This document shows positions 47,103-55,943 of a stretch of 64,000 bases of DNA, in pieces. The notes beneath the pieces are model-generated. The model saw only the letters and a list, made by a program, of their open reading frames with translations, ran no database searches and was not told the origin of the DNA. Numbering within the stretch: the first letter of the stretch is position 1; every line of letters starts with the position of its first letter. The DNA comes from an uncultured Clostridia bacterium (GTDB lineage: Bacteria; Bacillota; Clostridia; Oscillospirales; Acutalibacteraceae), in contig CAMVEX010000016.1 in NCBI GenBank assembly GCA_947166625.1, forward strand, positions 2,414 through 66,413. The letters run 5' to 3'. The translations under genes were made by a program, and so were the position numbers.

Positions 47103-48134
47103 CTATCTGACGGAGAAGCGGAAGATAGTGGTGCTTTCAAATTTTTCGCCGGCGTCGAAGGTGCACTGCGGGAACTCGGGCATATTGGGGGTATTGGGAT
47201 AATACTGGGTTTCGAGGCAGAAGCCGCAATACTGAGTGAGCATTTCGCCGCCCTTGCCGGGTCTTGTGCCGTCGAGGAAATTGGCGCAGTAGAGCTGAAC
47301 GCCGGGAAGATCGGTAAATACCTCCATCACCCTGCCGCTGACGGGGTCGTAAGCGACCGCGGCGGGTCCGTCGCCCTCATTGAGGCAGAAATTATAATCG
47401 TAGCCCCTGCACTGTTTAAGCTGGTCGTCATCGGCGTTTATATCTCTGCTGATGGGCTTGGGCTGCCTGAAATCAAAGGGAGTTCCCTCAACCTTTCTGA
47501 TTTCGCCGGTGGGGATCGACCTTGAATCCGTCGGCGTGAAGGCGTCCGCATTTATCATAAGCTCGTGGCCGAGGATGTCGCCCTTGCCCGCAAGGTTGAA
47601 ATAGGCGTGATTTGTCATGTTGATGACCGTCTTTTTATCGCTGACCGCCGAATATTTCACCTCAAGCCCGTTATCCTCGTGGAGGGTGAAAACCACCTTG
47701 AAATCCACCTTGCCGGGGAATCCCATGGCTCCGTCGGGGCTGGTGTAAGTGAGCTCAACGCTGTTGTCATCGGTGATTATCGCATTCCACACCGCGTGAG
47801 AGAGCTCTCCGCCGCCGTGAAGGCAGGTGACGCCCTTTTCGTTTTTGACAAGCTCGTAGGTTTTGCCGTCCAGCTCAAATTCGCCGTCCGCGATCCTGTT
47901 GGCGTATCTGCCGACGGTCAGGCCCTGATAATTTGAATATTTTTCGTGGCCCTCTATGGTGTCGAAGCCCTTGAGGATATCTGCGAATTCGCCGTTTCTG
48001 TCTGCGACGCATATACTGTTTATCGCGGCGCCGTAGGTGATGATATCCACCGCCGTCTTTGAGGAATTGGTCAGTTTATATAAATCGACCTGCCTGCCGT
48101 CCGCTGTTTCGCCGAATACTGTTTTTACGATCAT
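47103..48134 (-). CDS. galM: Aldose 1-epimerase (galactose mutarotase)
   Basis: A 343-aa ORF with the motifs GRYANRI, LHGG and NHAYFNL. Confidence 0.9.
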   Translation of the reverse strand: MIVKTVFGETADGRQVDLYKLTNSSKTAVDIITYGAAINSICVADRNGEFADILKGFDTIEGHEKYSNYQGLTVGRYANRIADGEFELDGKTYELVKNEKGVTCLHGGGELSHAVWNAIITDDNSVELTYTSPDGAMGFPGKVDFKVVFTLHEDNGLEVKYSAVSDKKTVINMTNHAYFNLAGKGDILGHELMINADAFTPTDSRSIPTGEIRKVEGTPFDFRQPKPISRDINADDDQLKQCRGYDYNFCLNEGDGPAAVAYDPVSGRVMEVFTDLPGVQLYCANFLDGTRPGKGGEMLTQYCGFCLETQYYPNTPNMPEFPQCTFDAGEKFESTTIFRFSVR

Positions 48135-48138
48135 TTTG

Positions 48139-48894
48139 TCATTCTCCTTGCTTTTTGATATTCATTATATAGTATCTGCCCCTGTTTTTTGTGAAGGGGC
48201 CGAACTGAATTGCCTGCTCGGGGCACCGGTTTATGCAAGCGGTGCAGTGCTGGCATTTTTTATTTATCCAGACCGGTCTGCCGTTTTTTATCTCGATTGC
48301 CTTGTCGGGGCAGACCCCGGCGCACAGACCGCAGCCGGTGCATTTTGAATCCGCCTTATAAAACCGCGTTGTGCGGAAAACGCCGTAAAACGGATACATA
48401 AAGAAGGTGACGGCGCTCTTTTTGAAATGGGTCTTGAAATAGGTCCCCTGCTGATTTATCGCCTGAGCCACCTTTTCGAGCTTGGAATCCGCCGCGGCGA
48501 GCCTTGAGAGCGCTTCACGCGAATCCGAAGGCTCATACGCTATCACGTAATTATCGGGCATCCTGAGCGAAATGCTCAGATCGACGCTTCTGCCGAGGGT
48601 CTTTGAGAGCATTTTATCCGCCGCCGCCGTCTCAGCTCCGCAGGTGATGACGCAAAAAACATATTCGCCGAGATTCTCTCTTATCTGCGGATTTGAGGCG
48701 AATCTCTTTACCATTTCGGGAAGCCCCGAAAAATAGACGGGGAAAACGAAGCCCGTCACATCGGATTTGCCGACGACGGATTTCACCGTGCCGTTATATA
48801 TCGAGGCGATATTCACCGCCTTGTCGCCGGTGAGCAGGGCGAGCTTCTGCGCGGCGTAGCGCGAATTGCCCGTGCCTGAGAAATAATAGATCAT
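48139..48894 (-). CDS. EFR1-family flavodoxin-like protein with a 2x[4Fe-4S] ferredoxin domain
   Basis: The start MIYYFSGTGNSRYAA at 48894 overlaps the rluA stop (ATGA). Two CxxCxxCxxxCP motifs lie near the C-terminus. Confidence 0.75.
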   Translation of the reverse strand: MIYYFSGTGNSRYAAQKLALLTGDKAVNIASIYNGTVKSVVGKSDVTGFVFPVYFSGLPEMVKRFASNPQIRENLGEYVFCVITCGAETAAADKMLSKTLGRSVDLSISLRMPDNYVIAYEPSDSREALSRLAAADSKLEKVAQAINQQGTYFKTHFKKSAVTFFMYPFYGVFRTTRFYKADSKCTGCGLCAGVCPDKAIEIKNGRPVWINKKCQHCTACINRCPEQAIQFGPFTKNRGRYYIMNIKKQGE

Positions 48895-49538
48895 ACGGAA
48901 AAATCCTCCTGCGCGAATAAATTCCACGGGAACTTCTCGCAATCGGGAAGCGCCGTAAAAATCATCCTCTCACCCGTTGCCGGATGATCGAAAGCGAGAG
49001 AATGGGCAAAAAGCGCAAGCTCTCCGCTGCCTCCGCCGTAGCGCGAATCCCCGTAAACGGGGCACGAGCGGTGTGAGAACTGCGCCCTTATCTGATGGGT
49101 CCTGCCCGTGAGAAGGCGGATATCCGTGAGGCAGAGCCCCTGATTCTCCGCTTTTATCTCATATTCCGCCCGGGCGCGCTTCGCTCTCTCGCAGGGCGAA
49201 TCCGTGACCTCGGTCAGATTTCGTTTGGGATCCCTGATGAGCCAATCCTCCATAAGCCCCTGCGCTTCGGCGGGCGACCCTTTGAGGACGGCATAGTATT
49301 TTTTATCAAATCCGCCTGCGGCAATGCTCTTTGAGATAGCCGCCGCCGATTTTTTGTTAAGGGCGTAAACCATGATCCCCGACGTCTCTCTGTCGAGCCG
49401 GTGGACGGCAAAAAGGGATATACCGGGCAGCATATCGGAAACTGACCTGCCCGCGCCTGCGCCGCCCGTTTCGCTGAGGACCCCCGCGGGCTTTATGAAT
49501 ACGATGATATCATCATCCTTAAAAAGAATCTGCATCAT
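48891..49538 (-). CDS. RluA-family pseudouridine synthase
   Basis: The catalytic motif HRLDRETSG is present. The likely start is MMQILFKDDDIIV. Confidence 0.85.
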   Translation of the reverse strand: MMQILFKDDDIIVFIKPAGVLSETGGAGAGRSVSDMLPGISLFAVHRLDRETSGIMVYALNKKSAAAISKSIAAGGFDKKYYAVLKGSPAEAQGLMEDWLIRDPKRNLTEVTDSPCERAKRARAEYEIKAENQGLCLTDIRLLTGRTHQIRAQFSHRSCPVYGDSRYGGGSGELALFAHSLAFDHPATGERMIFTALPDCEKFPWNLFAQEDFSV

Positions 49539-50094
49539 TCTGCCTTTCGATGGCGCGGTCAACGGTATTTACGAGTCCCTCAAACATGAGCATAAACTCG
49601 GCGAGGATCTCTTCGGGAGTTTCTCTCATACCGGTCCTGTACCATTCGGTGAGGCAGCCGCTTACCGCGTAATGATAAAATGAAATGATGAAATCCACCG
49701 TCTGCTCGGGGACATCATGCCCCTCAACGAGCTTGTGAACATAATCATTGAGGATCATCTTACTGCTCTTGAACATATATGTTTCAAGATATTCATAGCT
49801 TCGGGACGCGCAGATATTATTGATTATCTTTTTGTTGCTGTATGAAATATCGAGCAGATTTGAAAATGCGACAAGCCAGCGGAAGCCCTCCGAATGGGTC
49901 TCCACCATTTTGCTCTCTTCTACACTGAATATCTCTTCGAGCAGCTCATATATGTCGCTGTAATAATAGTAGAAGGTGTTTCTGTTGATATTTGCCGATT
50001 CCACTATATCCCGGACGGTGATTTTATCAAACGGCTTCTGCCTGAGAAGATCGAGAAAAGTCCGGTAAATCAGTTCCTTTGTGGTCGTAGCCAT
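49519..50094 (-). CDS. TetR/AcrR-family transcriptional regulator
   Basis: The HTH region FDKITVRDIVESANINRNTFYYYY is present. The start at 50094 (MATTTKEL) avoids overlapping the upstream transporter. Confidence 0.8.
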   Translation of the reverse strand: MATTTKELIYRTFLDLLRQKPFDKITVRDIVESANINRNTFYYYYSDIYELLEEIFSVEESKMVETHSEGFRWLVAFSNLLDISYSNKKIINNICASRSYEYLETYMFKSSKMILNDYVHKLVEGHDVPEQTVDFIISFYHYAVSGCLTEWYRTGMRETPEEILAEFMLMFEGLVNTVDRAIERQNDADSF

Positions 50095-50125
50095 AAGCGC
50101 CGCCTTTCGGTTGGGGAAAGCCGAT

Positions 50126-51559
50126 TTATTCGGCGTTTCCGGGAGTTTTTTCTTCAAGCTGAGCGCGTTTTTGGATCACGCTGTCGAGAATTTCGCGCTT
50201 GAAGGTGCCGTAAATCTTATATTTACCCGCGAATATGATATGAGAAATTATCAGCATCACGGGGGGTATCACAAACATCATAAACATAATGGCGCTGTCT
50301 GCGGCGGGGTTTGCGCTCGCCTGCGAGGCGCCCTTGCTGAAATCGTATCCCGTCGCTACAAAAGCGGAATACATTATGACGGATTGGAGGGTGTATGCCA
50401 TCTTTTGAAGGAAGCCCTTCATCGAGAAGGTGAGGCTCTGATTCCTTGTGCCGAGCTTGAATTCGCCGTAATCCACTATATCCGCGAGCATGACCGTCTG
50501 ATTTACAAACATCGAGCCGATACCTATCGACGCTATCAGATAGCAGATGCCCAGCGCGAGCACATTGCCGCCGAACGCATAGCCGATGACCGCCATCCCG
50601 ATATAACCCGCCGTCGCCAGAGAGAGCGAGAGGCGGTAGGTCGAGCGGTTTGACATAAATTTATCACATACGGGGATAACGAGTATCGACAGCACCGACC
50701 CGACGGAGCCGAGCAGATTGAATTTTGATTGAAGGGTGAAATCCCCTCTGACCTGGAGGAAATAATAGCTGCTGATGCCCGAGGTCATATAATATCCGCA
50801 ATTTGAAATCATGGCAAAGAGCATGAAAATCAAGAGCTGATCGTTGTGTCTGATAACTCCGAGCGCCTTGCGGAACGAGAATTTTTCATCCGATTTTACC
50901 GAGGCAGTCTCTTTCGTTGAGAATACGCTTATCGCGGCAAACACCACGAGCATGGCGGCGGCGATAATGCTCCATTTTCCGAAGCCTCTGCTCAGCCCGT
51001 CCGCGCTCAGTTCGGAGAGCTCCTTACCGGATTCGCCCGCAAATTTCACGACTATCATTGAGGTAAATATCGAAACTATACCCTGGCCGAGGCCCGAGAA
51101 AGTCCTCGCTATGGTAGAAACGAGGTTGCGATCCTTCTCCTCCGTGGCGAAGGTGGGGATCATGCTCCAGAACGGGATGTCGGCAAGCGTATTCGTCATT
51201 CCCCAAAGAACGTAAAACACCGCGACCATCACATAAACGCCGACGGTCTTCATATTGAATCCCGCGATGTTAAACAGGATCGAAAGCACCGCCGCGTTGA
51301 ATACCGCGCCCGTAATTATCCACGGGCGGTATTTTCCCATTTTGGTGTTGGTCCTGTCAACTATCGAGCCCATCATCGGGTCGTTGACGCCGTCCCAGAT
51401 CCTCGCTATCGGGGCGAGAATGAGCAGAAACAGCGGGCTCACCTTCAGCGCGTTCGTAAGATAGAGCGACAGGAAGGAATAGAACAGACCGTAACTCAGA
51501 TCAAGCCCTATCGCCCCTACGCCGTATCCGATTTTTTCTCTCAATGGTACCTTTTTCAT
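50126..51559 (-). CDS. MFS transporter, glycoside-pentoside-hexuronide:cation symporter family
   Basis: It starts MKKVPLREKIGYGVGAIG and has about 12 TM segments. The track N-terminal extension to 51607 reads through a repeat unit. Confidence 0.8.
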   Translation of the reverse strand: MKKVPLREKIGYGVGAIGLDLSYGLFYSFLSLYLTNALKVSPLFLLILAPIARIWDGVNDPMMGSIVDRTNTKMGKYRPWIITGAVFNAAVLSILFNIAGFNMKTVGVYVMVAVFYVLWGMTNTLADIPFWSMIPTFATEEKDRNLVSTIARTFSGLGQGIVSIFTSMIVVKFAGESGKELSELSADGLSRGFGKWSIIAAAMLVVFAAISVFSTKETASVKSDEKFSFRKALGVIRHNDQLLIFMLFAMISNCGYYMTSGISSYYFLQVRGDFTLQSKFNLLGSVGSVLSILVIPVCDKFMSNRSTYRLSLSLATAGYIGMAVIGYAFGGNVLALGICYLIASIGIGSMFVNQTVMLADIVDYGEFKLGTRNQSLTFSMKGFLQKMAYTLQSVIMYSAFVATGYDFSKGASQASANPAADSAIMFMMFVIPPVMLIISHIIFAGKYKIYGTFKREILDSVIQKRAQLEEKTPGNAE

Positions 51560-51563
51560 AGTT

Positions 51564-51713
51564 TTATTTACGCCCTTTACTGATAGTTTTAGGGAGATAT
51601 GATTCATCCCGTGGATGAAATCTCACCTCGTAGCCCTCTCCGAGACCGGAGAGGGTGGCACGGCGAAGCCGTGACGGGTGTGGCGATATGATCGGAGCGA
51701 AGCGACCCGAAAT
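51564..51713 (+). repeat. Repeat cluster R5: one E unit, hairpin B, segments C and D
   Basis: The E unit is at 51564-51633 and hairpin B at 51634-51655. The hairpin CACGGCGAAGCCGTG is at 51659-51673. GGGTGTGGCGAT follows, then GGAGCGAAGCGACCCGAAATT, which ends at the DUF559 stop codon. Confidence 0.85.
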
Positions 51714-52063
51714 TACAGATTGCCGGTTTTTTCTTTTACCCGTTTATCGATCACGGTACAAACGCCGTAAAAGTTTTTATCAATATCGAGATTGCTGAAG
51801 CGCAAAACCTCCACGCCGGATTTATTGAGCAATTCCGTCCTCTTTTTATCCTCCGCCTGTTTTTTGGCTGAATAATGACCAGAGCCGTCAAGCTCTATCG
51901 CAAGGCGGGCTTTGCTGCAATAAAAATCAACAATAAAGTTTCCAATCACTTTTTGCCTGTGAAACGGAAATTCGTAATTGCGCAGGAATTCATACCAAAG
52001 CTTGTTTTCCCAAGGAGTTGATTCTTTGCGAAGTTTCCGAGCGGTTTTTGTCAGTTTATTCAT
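51713..52063 (-). CDS. DUF559 (Vsr-like endonuclease fold) domain protein
   Basis: A 116-aa ORF with WENKLWYEFLR...FHRQKVIGNFIVDFYC...AIELDGSGH...VLRFSN, typical of DUF559. Confidence 0.8.
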   Translation of the reverse strand: MNKLTKTARKLRKESTPWENKLWYEFLRNYEFPFHRQKVIGNFIVDFYCSKARLAIELDGSGHYSAKKQAEDKKRTELLNKSGVEVLRFSNLDIDKNFYGVCTVIDKRVKEKTGNL

Positions 52064-52325
52064 AAAATCTCATTTGTGTCAAGTGTTTCGATAACGGGTG
52101 TATATGAGAATAACTGCCCGAAATTATTGCTCACTTACGGGTTGCCGCATATTGCCCATATCAAATCGGTAATGCAGGCAAGTGACTGATCGGCCACACC
52201 CGTCTTGCTCACTTTGCTCGCAATCCACCCTCTCCGATCGCGGAGAGGGCCAATGCTCTGCATATCCTGATGGCGGGCGACAGAATGTCGCCCCTACGGC
52301 GTCAAACGCTTGTGAGTGATCGGAA
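52064..52325 (-). repeat. Repeat cluster R6: truncated E unit, D-like segment, E unit, segment C, hairpin B, inverted terminus, hairpin A (all minus-oriented)
   Basis: CCACACCCGTC is at 52193-52203, hairpin B at 52228-52249, ATGCTCTGCATATCC at 52253-52267 and hairpin A at 52272-52297. Confidence 0.85.
52272..52297 (-). repeat. Hairpin A copy 7 (variant stem)
   Basis: GGGCGACA gaa TGTCGCCC at 52275-52293. Confidence 0.9.
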
Positions 52326-52348
52326 TTACGGGGCTGAATTCTCTGTTC

Positions 52349-55300
52349 TCACGCGATCATATCGAAAAATCTGCTGAAGAGGATCATCACGGGGGCGAGC
52401 ATGGTGATAAACACCTGCGTGATTCTCCAGGTGAGTTTGAGGTTAAGGCGGGTGAGGACGGCGGTTATCGCGCGGTCGAGGACGGTGTTTGCAAATATAT
52501 CGCCGGCGCTCTTTGCCTTGCCGGATTTGCTTATGCCGAAGGAGTCGGCGAGTTTCGCCTTGCCGTCTATCACCTGATAGGCGTTATAATAGAGATTTGA
52601 ACCGTCAACGGTTATCGCGGAAAACATCGGGTATTCATTTGATACCACGGATTCGGCGCTCGCGAAATACTTATCGCATTCCTTCTGATCCGCCATCTTG
52701 TATTCCTTGACTCCCGCGGAGCAGATTATCGAATATACCGTGCCCTGCGGGTCGAGCTTCATCTCATATTCCCCGCCGTTGTAGGTGACGGTTTCAGTGC
52801 GCGTGGGGACGGCGCAGTTTGATTTCATTACGCCCGTGCGGGTATAGACATGATTATGCCCTTCGAGCACGAGATCCACCCCGAGATAGGGAAGCAGACC
52901 CGCGAGCTGATTGCGCAGATTTACCGTTTCCTTATCCTTATAATATATTCCGTTGGCGTAGAGCGCCTTGTGAAGGACGACTATATGCCAGTCCGCGTCG
53001 GAATTCCTTATATCGTTTTTAAGCCATTCTATCTGTTTGTCGCCGAGCTTCTTATCCTCCATATCGTTGGTGTTGAGCACGGTGAAATGAACATTGTTGT
53101 AATCGTATGAATAGTAAACGCCGCTGTCAAGCTCCTGCTCGGGCACATTCGGCAGGGCGAAATATTTGCCGAGAACACCCTGCGCATCCTCATGGTTGCC
53201 GGAGGTCGGCATAAACGGGATATTCCTGAAGGTGTCGGAGGAATTGAAGAAATAATTCCAATGCTTCATATTCTCGCCCATATCCACCTGGTCGCCGTTT
53301 GAAACGGTGAAGCGCGCGTCGGGATAGAGGGCGGCAGCCGCCTTCATAACTTCTCCGTAGGTTTCGTAGTGGCTCGGTCTCTGAGCCTGCGGATCGGTGA
53401 TATTAAAGAATGTGAATGCCTCATCCGCTCCGAGCGCGGTCGTCACCGTGCCGGGCTCGCTCCACCATCCGCGCTCCGCGCTGCCCACGCGGTAGCTGTA
53501 TTTTTTACCGGGCTCAAGCCCCGTGAGAGTTATCGTATGTTTCACATAATCCTTATCGAAGGGGAGGAATGAGAATACTCCGAGATCCGCACCCGGATAG
53601 CTGAGAATCACGCTCTCGTGAGAGGCCTTGATATTGCCGCCGGTTGTCGGTCTGCCCGTGAATTCGGGATTTTCGCTGTAATCGACTATCTCGATATCGG
53701 TATCCTCCACGCTGTATTTTGTGATCCAGCTTATGGTCGCGCTTGTGGAGGGGTCGGCGGTGAGGGTCATATTGAGATTGTCGGGGAGGCGGTATTCACC
53801 CTTCGACGGCTCAAAATCGACCGCTCCGGAATAGGTGACGGTGATATTGTTATCCTGCGCCTCGCCGGGATCCTCATCGAATACGAGGGATTTTATCATC
53901 CACGAAATCGTCGCTCCCCACGCCTCAAACTGGCTGGGGGTGAGATATTTATCAATGAGAAGGGTGTTGAGGATATTATCTATCGAGCTGTAATCCTCGG
54001 GGACGACCTTCAGCGAAAGCACCTTGTCAACAACATTCACTATGCTGTTGTCGCCGCCGAATAGCCTGATGAATACGGCGTTCAGGATCCTGCCGAAGAG
54101 CTCAAACACGCTGTTTTCGGGGAAGAGCCCGCCGGGATTGAGATTTATGTTTTTGAGGATCTCGCCCTGGATCAGATCGTGATCCAAAACATCGATGAGC
54201 AGGCGGAAGAATTTCTCGGTGGTGACGCCGCTGTCAAATCCCTCGAGCGCGTCCTCAAGATATTCATAGCCCGCCTTGCCGTAAAGGTCCTCGTCTCCGC
54301 CGTAATACAGGAGCAGGGCGGTGGTGGCGTATTCGCCGAGAGTGCAGCCCTTGCCCGTGAGCGGATTGCCGAGAGCCTCGTGATTATATGTGCAGGGATA
54401 TGAGCTGACCTCAAAATCGAGCAGCTTCTTTATCATCACCATCACCTTGTCAAGCGTTTCGGTCGGGTGATTGATATATACCTCCATAATCTGCCTGTCA
54501 ATATCGTTGATAAGCCCCATCACATTAGTTCTCACGGTGAGGATATCGAGATCGCCTATGGCGAGCCCGTTGGTGCCGATGAGATTTATGAGAAGCTGCT
54601 CAACGTCGATACCCTTGGTCTTGAGGAACGGAATGATCCCTCCCGCCGCGGCTATCTGAGTGAAATATTTATCCACCACGCCCTCGAGGGTCCTGTAAAG
54701 GAAATCGTTGATGTCGTTGCCGAAGGTGCGGTCAAATGATTTTGTGAATTTATAGGGTACGGCGAAGGTTTCGCCCTCGTCGGTACATATCGGGGGAAGC
54801 CCGAGACGCTCGTCGTCAATATCCCAGTTTATCATATCAAGGGTGGTTGTATTGCCGTCGGTAGTCATATCGACGGTCCTGAAATAATTGGGGTATCCCG
54901 AGAGGGTCGGGGTGAGAATATCGGTGATCTTTTCGCCGTTATCATTTACAAGAGAGCTTGTATCGCTCGAATGAAGGTGCCCCGTATATACATAATGGAT
55001 ACCCGCGTCCGCGTAGGTCTCCGCAACTCTCTGCCAGTCGTCAAGCACAAAGGCGAAGAAGGTCGCCTCCTCGATCGCCATGTGGGGCACAATATTGTGA
55101 TGCTGCATCACAAAGGGGGTCTTGCCGTCTCTTTTTGCCTGCTTTGCCTCGTTTACGACCCATTTGAGCAGGTCTTCGCTCACCATTCCGTCGGTGAGAT
55201 GCTCGCTGTCCTCCGAGCCGTTGTCGGGGCTGTATTTATTGGTATCTACGACTATGAGCCTGAAAGCGTCGCCGAGGTCGGCGGCGTATGAGAGCATTCC

Positions 55301-55870
55301 GCCCTTGTTTTCGGGGTATCCTGCGGGGGTGTAGAAGGAATCCGCCTTGTCAAATCCGAGATTTGCGTAAATCTCTCTGAACTGCTCGGGCGAGGTTTTT
55401 TCCGCCGGCTCCTCCGTTCCGTTCACAAAGGTGCAGGCGTCTGAATTATTCACATCGTGGTTGCCGTTTGTGACGAATACGGGTATGCCCGTTTTTGCCT
55501 GCCATTCCTCGAGCTTCGCGGCAAATTCCTTATGCCCTTCAAGCTCGCCGTCCTTGGTCAGGTCGCCCGGAACAAGCAGGAAATTCAAACCCTGCTCCTC
55601 ATATTCCGCAAGCACCGTCTCTATACCCCGGAGGGCATTTGAAAGCTGTGAATCATGCTCGTCATATTCCTTGCTTTTGTAGTAGTTCTTTTTGAAATAC
55701 GCCTCGTTATTCCCGCCGCTGAGGCTGTTGGGGAAATAGTGCGGGTCGGAAAACACGCCGAGATGGATCGTCGTCTCCTCCGCCCGGACCGCGGTGAACG
55801 GCAGGGATGAAACGAGCAGAACTATCGCAAGAATCAGCGCCGTCAATTTGATTTTAGGTGAGTTTTTCAT
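52349..55870 (-). CDS. Large secreted protein with two calcineurin-like metallophosphoesterase domains and a C-terminal TM segment
   Basis: The start MKNSPKIKLTALI at 55870 begins a signal peptide. Domain 1 has SDPHY, PGDLTKDGE and GNHD. Domain 2 has a purple-acid-phosphatase-like N-terminal domain, then NGDQVD, SGNHE and GHNH. Confidence 0.75.
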   Translation of the reverse strand: MKNSPKIKLTALILAIVLLVSSLPFTAVRAEETTIHLGVFSDPHYFPNSLSGGNNEAYFKKNYYKSKEYDEHDSQLSNALRGIETVLAEYEEQGLNFLLVPGDLTKDGELEGHKEFAAKLEEWQAKTGIPVFVTNGNHDVNNSDACTFVNGTEEPAEKTSPEQFREIYANLGFDKADSFYTPAGYPENKGGMLSYAADLGDAFRLIVVDTNKYSPDNGSEDSEHLTDGMVSEDLLKWVVNEAKQAKRDGKTPFVMQHHNIVPHMAIEEATFFAFVLDDWQRVAETYADAGIHYVYTGHLHSSDTSSLVNDNGEKITDILTPTLSGYPNYFRTVDMTTDGNTTTLDMINWDIDDERLGLPPICTDEGETFAVPYKFTKSFDRTFGNDINDFLYRTLEGVVDKYFTQIAAAGGIIPFLKTKGIDVEQLLINLIGTNGLAIGDLDILTVRTNVMGLINDIDRQIMEVYINHPTETLDKVMVMIKKLLDFEVSSYPCTYNHEALGNPLTGKGCTLGEYATTALLLYYGGDEDLYGKAGYEYLEDALEGFDSGVTTEKFFRLLIDVLDHDLIQGEILKNINLNPGGLFPENSVFELFGRILNAVFIRLFGGDNSIVNVVDKVLSLKVVPEDYSSIDNILNTLLIDKYLTPSQFEAWGATISWMIKSLVFDEDPGEAQDNNITVTYSGAVDFEPSKGEYRLPDNLNMTLTADPSTSATISWITKYSVEDTDIEIVDYSENPEFTGRPTTGGNIKASHESVILSYPGADLGVFSFLPFDKDYVKHTITLTGLEPGKKYSYRVGSAERGWWSEPGTVTTALGADEAFTFFNITDPQAQRPSHYETYGEVMKAAAALYPDARFTVSNGDQVDMGENMKHWNYFFNSSDTFRNIPFMPTSGNHEDAQGVLGKYFALPNVPEQELDSGVYYSYDYNNVHFTVLNTNDMEDKKLGDKQIEWLKNDIRNSDADWHIVVLHKALYANGIYYKDKETVNLRNQLAGLLPYLGVDLVLEGHNHVYTRTGVMKSNCAVPTRTETVTYNGGEYEMKLDPQGTVYSIICSAGVKEYKMADQKECDKYFASAESVVSNEYPMFSAITVDGSNLYYNAYQVIDGKAKLADSFGISKSGKAKSAGDIFANTVLDRAITAVLTRLNLKLTWRITQVFITMLAPVMILFSRFFDMIA

Positions 55871-55943
55871 CTTTTGTCCCTCGTAAAAACGGTCACGGGA
55901 CGGAGCCACGCCTTGACGGGCTCCGCCCTGATCGGATCATCTG

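Noticed and set aside
51560-51607. The N-terminal extension of the GPH transporter (MNHISLKLSVKGVNKT...).
   Set aside because: These codons are the reverse-strand reading of an E repeat unit. The conserved transporter N-terminus starts at MKKVPLREKIGYG (51559).
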